From assembly GCA_046563655.1 (NCBI GenBank), contig CM102287.1, positions 1,674,001 to 1,738,000 of the forward strand: a stretch of 64,000 nt of DNA. Reading direction: 5' to 3'. This DNA comes from Yuukianura sp. NJ FZ-2021. Taxonomy: Eukaryota. The translations under genes were made by a program, and so were the position numbers. Below, piece after piece: positions 10,732-23,673 of this stretch; position 1 is the stretch's first letter; the number at the start of each line of letters is the position of its first letter. The notes under the pieces are model-generated. The model did no database searches and had not been told where the DNA came from. It worked only from the letters and a program-made list of their open reading frames with translations.

Positions 10732-13700
10732 GTTGTTGTTGTTGCTTAGTTTATTTTCCTATTCCGGATAGGTTTTTAAAAATAAACAGTTGTATACTGT
10801 CATTAGGTTAAGTGTTTAAAATTGTTTTCAATCAGTCAATTCGATTAATTAGTAATAGTTGAGCATTATTTTGATAATGAAAATGAAAATCATTTGATAA
10901 TAGTAAACATCAAAGGTAAAAAGGTAAAAAGAAAGTAAAAATGAGAGAGAAAAAAAAAGAGAAACATTAAATGAACTTCCTACTAGGTTGCTTGTTGTTT
11001 TCTTTCGTGAGGACGTCATTTTCTTGTATCTTCAGAAACTGTTTGTGTATGGCCGCTTTGAACGCTCCTTTAGTTTTGAGTTCCGTCGTTGCTTTTGGCA
11101 AGTAACCCCATAGTAGTTTCGTTTTTGATTTAAAAGAATTAGGAGTGATTGTTGTGTTCCTGGAGTGAATCATTTTTCGTGTTCTTAAGCCGGCTTCATC
11201 TTCGGTGTCGTGCAAGTATTTCTCAAAATATGGAATGCTACGGTTGTTGAGGATATCAAATGCATGAAGTAGTACCATCATGTTGTGTTGATGAGTAGGG
11301 AAGAGCCAACCAAGTTCCTTTGTGATCCGTAATTTCACTTTGTCGTATTTCTTGCTCTTGAGAATAAAGTGACCCGCCGTGCGTACTATTTTTTCCGCTG
11401 ATTTCAATTGTACTTTAGTTGCGCTACCCCATATTTCACCCATGTACCAAAGTTTAGACAAAACGTAAGATGTCATCAGAGTTTTTCGGTTGTCTTATGT
11501 AAGAAGGCTTTGCATAGGGTAGAGTGAGAATATGATTTTTAAACATTTCTTTGTTGTGTTCATGATATGTGAATCCCACTTCAAGCAACCGTCTATGTTA
11601 AGGCCGAGGCTGGTGAGTGTTTCTGTTGTTCCGACTGTTACATTCTGAAATTGAAACTGCACTCCTTGAATTATATTCCTTATCTTCGGTTTTGCCACGA
11701 TGAGGATTCCAGTTTTCTCAGGGTGAATTGTGAATCCGTTTTTTTGTGAATCCGTTGTGAATTGTGATCCAACATAGCTCAGAATGACTTCTTAGTCACT
11801 TTTTGGTGAAAAAATTGAATTTTTTCACCAAAAATTGAGTTCTAGGCACTTTATGTGGTGATCGGACTCAAATTTTCGGATTGCAAAATTGTGATCCAAC
11901 ATAGCCCAGAATGACCCCTTTGTCACTTTTTTTGCGAAAAAATTGAATTTTTTCACCAAAAATTTAGTTCTAGGCACTTTATGTGGTGATCGGACTCAAA
12001 TTTTCGGATTGCAAAATTGTGATTCAAAGTAGCCCAGAATGAGTTCTTTGTCACTTTTTTTGCGAAAAAATTGAATTTTTTCACCAAAAATTGAGTTCTA
12101 GGCACTGTATGTGGTGATCGGACTTAAATTTTCGGATTGCAAAATTGTGATCCACCATAGCCCAGAATGACTCCTTTGTCACTTTTTTGCGAAAAATTGA
12201 ATTTTTTCACCAAAAATTGAGCTCTAGGCACTTTATGTGGTGATCGGACTTAAATTTTCGGATTGTAATATTGTGATCCAACATAGCCCAGAATGACTTC
12301 TTTGTCACTTTTTGGTGAAAAAATTGAATTTTTTCACCAAAAATTGAGTTCTAGGCACTTTATGTGGTGATCGGACTCAAATTTTCGGATTGCAAAATTG
12401 TGATCCAACATAGCCCAGAATGACTCCTTTGTCACTTTTTTTTGCGAAAAAATTGAATTTTTTCACCAAAAATTGAGTTCTAGGCACTTTATGTGGTGAT
12501 CGGACTTAAATTTTCGGATTGTAATATTGTGATCCAACATAGCCCAGAATGACTTATTTGTCCCTTTTGGTGAAAAAATTGAATTTTTTCACCAAAAATT
12601 GAGTTCTAGGCACTTTATATGGTTATCGGACTTAAATTTTCGGATTGAAAAATTGTGATCCAACGTAGCCCAGAATGACTTTGTCACTTTTTGGTGAAAA
12701 AATTGAATTTTTTCACCAAAAATTGAGTTCTAGGCACTTTATGTGGTGATCGGACCCAATTTTCGGATTGCAAAATTGTGATCCAACATAGCCCAGAATG
12801 ACTCCTTTGTCACTTTTTTTTGCGAAAAAATTCAATTTTTTCACCAAAAATTTAGTTCTAGGTACTTTATGTGGTGATCGGACTCAAATTTTCGGATTGC
12901 AAAATTGTTGTTGTTGTTGCTTAGTTTATTTTCCTATTCCGGATAGGTTTTTAAAAATAAACAGTTGTATACTGTCATTAGGTTAAGTGTTTAAAATTGT
13001 TTTCAATCAGTCAATTCGATTAATTAGTAATAGTTGAGCATTATTTTGATAATGAAAATGAAAATCATTTGATAATAGTAAACGTCAAAGGTAAAAAGGT
13101 AAAAAGAAAGTAAAAATGAGAGAGAAAAAAAAAGAGAAACATTAAATGAACTTCCTACTAGGTTGCTTGTTGTTTTCTTTCGTGAGGACGTCATTTTCTT
13201 GTATCTTCAGAAACTGTTTGTGTATGGCCGCTTTGAACGCTCCTTTAGTTTTGAGTTCCGTCGTTGCTTTTGGCAAGTAACCCCATAGTAGTTTCGTTTT
13301 TGATTTAAAAGAATTAGGAGTGATTGTTGTGTTCCTGGAGTGAATCATTTTTCGTGTTCTTAAGCCGGCTTCTTCTTCGGTGTCGTGCAAGTATTTCTCA
13401 AAATATGGAATGCTACGGTTGTTGAGGATATCAAATGCATGAAGTAGTACCATCATGTTGTGTTGATGAGTGGGGAAGAGCCAACCAAGTTCCTTTGTGA
13501 TCCGTAATTTCACTTTGTCGTATTTCTTGCTCTTGAGAATAAAGTGACCCGCCGTGCGTACTATTTTTCCGCTGATTTCAATTGTACTTTAGTTGCGCTA
13601 CCCCATATTTCACCCATGTACCAAAGTTTAGACAAAACGTAAGATGTCACCAGAGTTTTTCGGTTGTCTTGTGTAAGAAGTCTTTGCATAGGGTAGAGTG

Positions 13701-14320
13701 AGAATATGATTTTTAAACATTTCTTTGTTGTGTTCATGATATGTGACTCCCACTTCAAGCAACCGTCTATGTTAAGGCCGAGGCTGGTGAGTGTTTCTGT
13801 TGTTCCGACTGTTACATTCTGAAATTGAAACTGCACTCCTTGAATTATATTCCTTATCTTCGGTTTTGCCACGATGAGGATTCCAGTTTTCTCAGGGTGA
13901 ATTGTGAATCCGTTTTTTTGTGAATCCGTTGTGAATTGTGATCCAACATAGCCCAGAATGACTTCTTAGTCACTTTTTGGTGAAAAAATTGAATTTTTTC
14001 ACCAAAAATTGAGTTCTAGGCACTTTATGTGGTGATCGCACTTAAATTTTCGGATTGCAAAATTGTGATCCAACATAGCCCAGAATGACTCCTTTGTCAC
14101 TTTTTTTGCGAAAAAATTGAATTTTTTCACCAAAAATTGAGTTCTAGGCACTTTATGTGGTGCTCGGACCCAATTTTCGGATTGCAAAATTGTGATCCAA
14201 CATAGCCCAGAATGACTCCTTTGTCACTTTTTTTTGCGAAAAAATTCAATTTTTTCACCAAAAATTTAGTTCTAGGTACTTTATGTGGTGATCGGACTCA
14301 AATTTTCGGATTGCAAAATT

Positions 14321-17300
14321 GTTGTTGTTGTTGCTTAGTTTATTTTCCTATTCCGGATAGGTTTTTAAAAATAAACAGTTGTATACTGTCATTAGGTTAA
14401 GTGTTTAAAATTGTTTTCAATCAGTCAATTCGATTAATTAGTAATAGTTGAGCATTATTTTGATAATGAAAATGAAAATCATTTGATAATAGTAAACGTC
14501 AAAGGTAAAAAGGTAAAAAGAAAGTAAAAATGAGAGAGAGAAAAAAAAGAGAAACATTAAATGAACTTCCTACTAGGTTGCTTGTTGTTTTCTTTCGTGA
14601 GGACGTCATTTTCTTGTATCTTCAGAAACTACGGTTGTTGAGGATATCAAATGCATGAAGTAGTACCATCATGTTGTGTTGATGAGTGGGGAAGAGCCAA
14701 CCAAGTTCCTTTGTGATCCGTAATTTCACTTTGTCGTATTTCTTGCTCTTGAGAATAAAGTGACCCGCCGTGCGTACTATTTTTCCGCTGATTTCAATTG
14801 TACTTTAGTTGCGCTACCCCATATTTCACCCATGTACCAAAGTTTAGACAAAACGTAAGATGTCATCAGAGTTTTTCGGTTGTCTTGTGTAAGAAGTCTT
14901 TGCATAGGGTAGAGTGAGAATATGATTTTTAAACATTTCTTTGTTGTGTTCATGATATGTGAATCCCACTTCAAGCAACCGTCTATGTTAAGGCCGAGGC
15001 TGGTGAGTGTTTCTGTTGTTCCGACTGTTACATTCTGAAATTGAAACTGCACTCCTTGAATTATATTCCTTATCTTCGGTTTTGCCACGATGAGGATTCC
15101 AGTTTTCTCAGGGTGAATTGTGAATCCGTTTTTTTGTGAATCCGTTGTGAATTGTGATCCAACATAGCCCAGAATGACTTCTTAGTCACTTTTTGGTGAA
15201 AAAATTGAATTTTTCACCAAAAATTGAGTTCTAGGCACTTTATGTGGTGATCGCACTTAAATTTTCGGATTGCAAAATTGTGATCCAACATAGCCCAGAA
15301 TGACTCCTTTGTCACTTTTTGCGAAAAAATTGAATTTTTTCACCAAAAATTGAGTTCTAGGCACTTTATGTGGTGCTCGGACCCAATTTTTCGGATTGCA
15401 AAATTGTGATCCAACATAGCCCAGAATGACTCCTTTGTCACTTTTTTTTGCGAAAAAATTCAATTTTTTCACCAAAAATTTAGTTCTAGGTACTTTATGT
15501 GGTGATCGGACTCAAATTTTCGGATTGCAAAATTGTTGTTGTTGTTGCTTAGTTTATTTTCCTATTCCGGATAGGTTTTTAAAAATAAACAGTTGTATAC
15601 TGTCATTAGGTTAAGTGTTTAAAATTGTTTTCAATCAGTCAATTCGATTAATTAGTAATAGTTGAGCATTATTTTGATAATGAAAATGAAAATCATTTGA
15701 TAATAGTAAACGTCAAAGGTAAAAAGGTAAAAAGAAAGTAAAAATGAGAGAGAAAAAAAAAGAGAAACATTAAATGAACTTCCTACTAGGTTGCTTGTTG
15801 TTTTCTTTCGTGAGGACGTCATTTTCTTGTATCTTCAGAAACTACGGTTGTTGAGGATATCAAATGCATGAAGTAGTACCATCATGTTGTGTTGATGAGT
15901 AGGGAAGAGCCACCCAAGTTCCTTTGTGATCCGTAATTTCACTTTGTCGTATTTCTTGCTCTTGAGAATAAAGTGACCCGCCGTGCGTACTATTTTTTCC
16001 GCTGATTTCAATTGTACTTTAGTTGCGCTACCCCATATTTCAGCCATGTACCAAAGCTTAGACAAAACGTAAGATGTCATCAGAGTTTTTCGGTTGTCTT
16101 GTGTAAGAAGTCTTTGCATAGGGTAGAGTGAGAATATGATTTTTAAACATTTCTTTGTTGTGTTCATGATATGTGAATCCCACTTCAAGCAACCGTCTAT
16201 GTTAAGGCCGAGGCTGGTGAGTGTTTCTGTTGTTCCGACTGTTACATTCTGAAATTGAAACTGCACTCCTTGAATTATATTCCTTATCTTCGGTTTTGCC
16301 ACGATGAGGATTCCAGTTTTCTCAGGGTGAATTGTGAATCCGTTTTTTTGTGAATCCGTTGTGAATTGTGATCCAACATAGCCCAGAATGACTTCTTAGT
16401 CACTTTTTGGTGAAAAAATTGAATTTTTCACCAAAAATTGAGTTCTAGGCACTTTATGTGGTGATCGCACTTAAATTTTCGGATTGCAAAATTGTGATCC
16501 AACATAGCCCAGAATGACTCCTTTGTCACTTTTTTTGCGAAAAAATTGAATTTTTTCACCAAAAATTGAGTTCTAGGCACTTTATGTGGTGCTCGGACCC
16601 AATTTTCGGATTGCAAAATTGTGATCCAACATAGCCCAGAATGACTCCTTTGTCACTTTTTTTTGCGAAAAAATTCAATTTTTTCACCAAAAATTTAGTT
16701 CTAGGTACTTTATGTGGTGATCGGACTCAAATTTTCGGATTGCAAAATTGTTGTTGTTGTTGCTTAGTTTATTTTCCTATTCCGGATAGGTTTTTAAAAA
16801 TAAACAGTTGTATACTGTCATTAGGTTAAGTGTTTAAAATTGTTTTCAATCAGTCAATTCGATTAATTAGTAATAGTTGAGCATTATTTTGATAATGAAA
16901 ATGAAAATCATTTGATAATAGTAAACGTCAAAGGTAAAAAGGTAAAAAGAAAGTAAAAATGAGAGAGAAAAAAAGAGAAACATTAAATGAACTTCCTACT
17001 AGGTTGCTTGTTGTTTTCTTTCGTGAGGACGTCATTTTCTTGTATCTTCAGAAACTACGGTTGTTGAGGATATCAAATGCATGAAGTAGTACCATCATGT
17101 TGTGTTGATGAGTAGGGAAGAGCCACCCAAGTTCCTTTGTGATCCGTAATTTCACTTTGTCGTATTTCTTGCTCTTGAGAATAAAGTGACCCGCCGTGCG
17201 TACTATTTTTTCCGCTGATTTCAATTGTACTTTAGTTGCGCTACCCCATATTTCAGCCATGTACCAAAGCTTAGACAAAACGTAAGATGTCATCAGAGTT

Positions 17301-20300
17301 TTTCGGTTGTCTTGTGTAAGAAGTCTTTGCATAGGGTAGAGTGAGAATATGATTTTTAAACATTTCTTTGTTGTGTTCATGATATGTGAATCCCACTTCA
17401 AGCAACCGTCTATGTTAAGGCCGAGGCTGGTGAGTGTTTCTGTTGTTCCGACTGTTACATTCTGAAATTGAAACTGCACTCCTTGAATTATATTCCTTAT
17501 CTTCGGTTTTGCCACGATGAGGATTCCAGTTTTCTCAGGGTGAATTGTGAATCCGTTTTTTTGTGAATCCGTTGTGAATTGTGATCCAACATAGCCCAGA
17601 ATGACTTCTTTGTCACTTTTTTTGAAAAAATTGAATTTTTTGCGAAAAAATTGAATTTTTTCACCAAAAATTGAGCTCTAGGCACTTTATGTGGTGATCG
17701 GACTTAAATTTTCGGATTGTAATATTGTGATCCAACATAGCCCAGAATGACTCCTTTGTCACTTTTTTTTGCGAAAAAATTGAGTTCTAGGCACTTTATG
17801 TGGTTATCGGACTCAAATTTTCGGATTGCAAAATTGTGATCCAACATAGCCCAGAATGACTCCTTTGTCACTTTTTTTTGCGAAAAAATTGAATTTTTTC
17901 ACCAAAAATTTAGTTCTAGGCACTTTATGTGGTGATCGGACTCAAATTTTCGGATTGCAAAATTGTGATCCAACATAGCCCAGAATGACTCCTTTGTCAC
18001 TTTTTTTGCGAAAAAATTGAGTTCTAGGCACTTTATGTGGTGATCGGACTCAAATTTTCGGATTGCAAAATTGTGATCCAACATAGCCCAGAATGACTCC
18101 TTTGTCACTTTTTTTTGCGAAAAAATTGAATTTTTTCACCAAAAATTGAGTTCTAGGCACTTTATGTGGTGATCGGACTTAAATTTTCGGATTGTAATAG
18201 TGTGATCCAACATAGCCCAGAATGACTTATTTGTCCCTTTTTGGTGAAAAAATTGAATTTTTTCACCAAAAATTGAGTTCTAGGCACTTTATATGGTTAT
18301 CGGACTTAAATTTTCGGATTGAAAAATTGTGATCCAACGTAGCCCAGAATGACTTTGTCACTTTTTGGTGAAGAAATTGAATTTTTTCACCAAAAATTGA
18401 GTTCTAGGTACTTTATGTGGTGATCGGACCCAATTTTCGGATTGCAAAATTGTGATCCAACATAGCCCAGAATGACTCCTTTGTCACTTTTTTTTGCGAA
18501 AAAATTGAATTTTTTCACCAAAAATTTAGTTCTAGGCACTTTATGTGGTGATCGGACTCAAATTTTCGGATTGCAAAATTGTTGTTGTTGTTGCTTAGTT
18601 TATTTTCCTATTCCGGATAGGTTTTTAAAAATAAACAGTTGTATACTGTCATTAGGTTAAGTGTTTAAAATTGTTTTCAATCAGTCAATTCGATTAATTA
18701 GTAATAGTTGAGCATTATTTTGATAATGAAAATGAAAATCATTTGATAATAGTAAACGTCAAAGGTAAAAAGGTAAAAAGAAAGTAAAAATGAGAGAGAA
18801 AAAAAAAGAGAAACATTAAATGAACTTCCTACTAGGTTGCTTGTTGTTTTCTTTCGTGAGGACGTCATTTTCTTGTATCTTCAGAAACTACGGTTGTTGA
18901 GGATATCAAATGCATGAAGTAGTACCATCATGTTGTGTTGATGAGTGGGGAAGAGCCAACCAAGTTCCTTTGTGATCCGTAATTTCACTTTGTCGTATTT
19001 CTTGCTCTTGAGAATAAAGTGACTCCGCCGTGCGTACTATTTTTCCGCTGATTTCAATTGTACTTTAGTTGCGCTACCCCATATTTCACCCATGTACCAA
19101 AGTTTAGACAAAACGTAAGATGTCATCAGAGTTTTTCGGTTGTCTTGTGTAAGAAGTCTTTGCATAGGGTAGAGTGAGAATATGATTTTTAAACATTTCT
19201 TTGTTGTGTTCATGATATGTGAATCCCACTTCAAGCAACCGTCTATGTTAAGGCCGAGGCTGGTGAGTGTTTCTGTTGTTCCGACTGTTACATTCTGAAA
19301 TTGAAACTGCACTCCTTGAATTATATTCCTTATCTTCGGTTTTGCCACGATGAGGATTCCAGTTTTCTCAGGGTGAATTGTGAATCCGTTTTTTTGTGAA
19401 TCCGTTGTGAATTGTGATCCAACATAGCCCAGAATGACTTCTTAGTCACTTTTTGGTGAAAAAATTGAATTTTTCACCAAAAATTGAGTTCTAGGCACTT
19501 TATGTGGTGATCGCACTTAAATTTTCGGATTGCAAAATTGTGATCCAACATAGCCCAGAATGACTCCTTTGTCACTTTTTTTGCGAAAAAATTGAATTTT
19601 TTCACCAAAAATTGAGTTCTAGGCACTTTATGTGGTGCTCGGACCCAATTTTCGGATTGCAAAATTGTGATCCAACATAGCCCAGAATGACTCCTTTGTC
19701 ACTTTTTTTTTGCGAAAAAATTCAATTTTTTCACCAAAAATTTAGTTCTAGGTACTTTATGTGGTGATCGGACTCAAATTTTCGGATTGCAAAATTGTTG
19801 TTGTTGTTGCTTAGTTTATTTTCCTATTCCGGATAGGTTTTTAAAAATAAACAGTTGTATACTGTCATTAGGTTAAGTGTTTAAAATTGTTTTCAATCAG
19901 TCAATTCGATTAATTAGTAATAGTTGAGCATTATTTTGATAATGAAAATGAAAATCATTTGATAATAGTAAACGTCAAAGGTAAAAAGGTAAAAAGAAAG
20001 TAAAAATGAGAGAGAAAAAAAGAGAAACATTAAATGAACTTCCTACTAGGTTGCTTGTTGTTTTCTTTCGTGAGGACGTCATTTTCTTGTATCTTCAGAA
20101 ACTACGGTTGTTGAGGATATCAAATGCATGAAGTAGTACCATCATGTTGTGTTGATGAGTAGGGAAGAGCCACCCAAGTTCCTTTGTGATCCGTAATTTC
20201 ACTTTGTCGTATTTCTTGCTCTTGAGAATAAAGTGACTCGCCGTGCGTACTATTTTTTCCGCTGATTTCAATTGTACTTTAGTTGCGCTACCCCATATTT

Positions 20301-23300
20301 CAGCCATGTACCAAAGCTTAGACAAAACGTAAGATGTCATCAGAGTTTTTCGGTTGTCTTGTGTAAGAAGTCTTTGCATAGGGTAGAGTGAGAATATGAT
20401 TTTTAAACATTTCTTTGTTGTGTTCATGATATGTGAATCCCACTTCAAGCAACCGTCTATGTTAAGGCCGAGGCTGGTGAGTGTTTCTGTTGTTCCGACT
20501 GTTACATTCTGAAATTGAAACTGCACTCCTTGAATTATATTCCTTATCTTCGGTTTTGCCACGATGAGGATTCCAGTTTTCTCAGGGTGAATTGTGAATC
20601 CGTTTTTTTGTGAATCCGTTGTGAATTGTGATCCAACATAGCCCAGAATGACTTCTTAGTCACTTTTTGGTGAAAAAATTGAATTTTTTCACCAAAAATT
20701 GAGTTCTAGGCACTTTATGTGGTGATCGCACTTAAATTTTCGGATTGCAAAATTGTGATCCAACATAGCCCAGAATGACTCCTTTGTCACTTTTTTTGCG
20801 AAAAAATTGAATTTTTTCACCAAAAATTGAGTTCTAGGCACTTTATGTGGTGCTCGGACCCAATTTTCGGATTGCAAAATTGTGATCCAACATAGCCCAG
20901 AATGACTCCTTTGTCACTTTTTTTTGCGAAAAAATTCAATTTTTTCACCAAAAATTTAGTTCTAGGTACTTTATGTGGTGATCGGACTCAAATTTTCGGA
21001 TTGCAAAATTGTTGTTGTTGTTGCTTAGTTTATTTTCCTATTCCGGATAGGTTTTTAAAAATAAACAGTTGTATACTGTCATTAGGTTAAGTGTTTAAAA
21101 TTGTTTTCAATCAGTCAATTCGATTAATTAGTAATAGTTGAGCATTATTTTGATAATGAAAATGAAAATCATTTGATAATAGTAAACGTCAAAGGTAAAA
21201 AGGTAAAAAGAAAGTAAAAATGAGAGAGAAAAAAGAGAAACATTAAATGAACTTCCTACTAGGTTGCTTGTTGTTTTCTTTCGTGAGGACGTCATTTTCT
21301 TGTATCTTCAGAAACTACGGTTGTTGAGGATATCAAATGCATGAAGTAGTACCATCATGTTGTGTTGATGAGTAGGGAAGAGCCACCCAAGTTCCTTTGT
21401 GATCCGTAATTTCACTTTGTCGTATTTCTTGCTCTTGAGAATAAAGTGACCCGCCGTGCGTACTATTTTTTCCGCTGATTTCAATTGTACTTTAGTTGCG
21501 CTACCCCATATTTCAGCCATGTACCAAAGCTTAGACAAAACGTAAGATGTCATCAGAGTTTTTCGGTTGTCTTGTGTAAGAAGTCTTTGCATAGGGTAGA
21601 GTGAGAATATGATTTTTAAACATTTCTTTGTTGTGTTCATGATATGTGAATCCCACTTCAAGCAACCGTCTATGTTAAGGCCGAGGCTGGTGAGTGTTTC
21701 TGTTGTTCCGACTGTTACATTCTGAAATTGAAACTGCACTCCTTGAATTATATTCCTTATCTTCGGTTTTGCCACGATGAGGATTCCAGTTTTCTCAGGG
21801 TGAATTGTGAATCCGTTTTTTTGTGAATCCGTTGTGAATTGTGATCCAACATAGCCCAGAATGACTTCTTTGTCACTTTTTTTTGCGAAAAAATTGAATT
21901 TTTTGCGAAAAAATTGAATTTTTTCACCAAAAATTGAGCTCTAGGCACTTTATGTGGTGATCGGACTTAAATTTTCGGATTGTAATATTGTGATCCAACA
22001 TAGCCCAGAATGACTCCTTTGTCACTTTTTTTTGCGAAAAAATTGAGTTCTAGGCACTTTATGTGGTTATCGGACTCAAATTTTCGGATTGCAAAATTGT
22101 GATCCAACATAGCCCAGAATGACTCCTTTGTCACTTTTTTTTGCGAAAAAATTGAATTTTTTCACCAAAAATTTAGTTCTAGGCACTTTATGTGGTGATC
22201 GGACTCAAATTTTCGGATTGCAAAATTGTGATCCAACATAGCCCAGAATGACTCCTTTGTCACTTTTTTTTGCGAAAAAATTGAGTTCTAGGCACTTTAT
22301 GTGGTGATCGGACTCAAATTTTCGGATTGCAAAATTGTGATCCAACATAGCCCAGAATGACTCCTTTGTCACTTTTTTTGCGAAAAAATTGAATTTTTTC
22401 ACCAAAAATTGAGTTCTAGGCACTTTATGTGGTGATCGGACTTAAATTTTCGGATTGTAATAGTGTGATCCAACATAGCCCAGAATGACTTATTTGTCCC
22501 TTTTTGGTGAAAAAATTGAATTTTTTCACCAAAAATTGAGTTCTAGGCACTTTATATGGTTATCGGACTTAAATTTTCGGATTGAAAAATTGTGATCCAA
22601 CGTAGCCCAGAATGACTTTGTCACTTTTTGGTGAAGAAATTGAATTTTTTCACCAAAAATTGAGTTCTAGGTACTTTATGTGGTGATCGGACCCAATTTT
22701 CGGATTGCAAAATTGTGATCCAACATAGCCCAGAATGACTCCTTTGTCACTTTTTTTTGCGAAAAAATTGAATTTTTTCACCAAAAATTTAGTTCTAGGC
22801 ACTTTATGTGGTGATCGGACTCAAATTTTCGGATTGCAAAATTGTTGTTGTTGTTGCTTAGTTTATTTTCCTATTCCGGATAGGTTTTTAAAAATAAACA
22901 GTTGTATACTGTCATTAGGTTAAGTGTTTAAAATTGTTTTCAATCAGTCAATTCGATTAATTAGTAATAGTTGAGCATTATTTTGATAATGAAAATGAAA
23001 ATCATTTGATAATAGTAAACGTCAAAGGTAAAAAGGTAAAAAGAAAGTAAAAATGAGAGAGAAAAAAAAAGAGAAACATTAAATGAACTTCCTACTAGGT
23101 TGCTTGTTGTTTTCTTTCGTGAGGACGTCATTTTCTTGTATCTTCAGAAACTACGGTTGTTGAGGATATCAAATGCATGAAGTAGTACCATCATGTTGTG
23201 TTGATGAGTAGGGAAGAGCCACCCAAGTTCCTTTGTGATCCGTAATTTCACTTTGTCGTATTTCTTGCTCTTGAGAATAAAGTGACTCCGCCGTGCGTAC

Positions 23301-23673
23301 TATTTTTTCCGCTGATTTCAATTGTACTTTAGTTGCGCTACCCCATATTTCAGCCATGTACCAAAGCTTAGACAAAACGTAAGATGTCATCAGAGTTTTT
23401 CGGTTGTCTTGTGTAAGAAGTCTTTGCATAGGGTAGAGTGAGAATATGATTTTTAAACATTTCTTTGTTGTGTTCATGATATGTGAATCCCACTTCAAGC
23501 AACCGTCTATGTTAAGGCCGAGGCTGGTGAGTGTTTCTGTTGTTCCGACTGTTACATTCTGAAATTGAAACTGCACTCCTTGAATTATATTCCTTATCTT
23601 CGGTTTTGCCACGATGAGGATTCCAGTTTTCTCAGGGTGAATTGTGAATCCGTTTTTTTGTGAATCCGTTGTG
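14321..23673 (-). repeat. Sub-array of seven LINE copies sharing a ~199-bp internal deletion, organised as a ~4.26-kb higher-order repeat
   Basis: The junction cttcagaaact|acggttg occurs in seven consecutive copies. The ORF pattern 103/155/155 aa repeats at 14777/15835/17048 and 19037/20095/21308. Confidence 0.92.

Noticed and set aside
10623..10811. Recurrent 62-aa ORF with CCCCC (MTPLSLFF...) and other satellite ORFs
   Set aside because: These are chance translations of the satellite plus the (TTG)n LINE tail, and they depend on homopolymer length.
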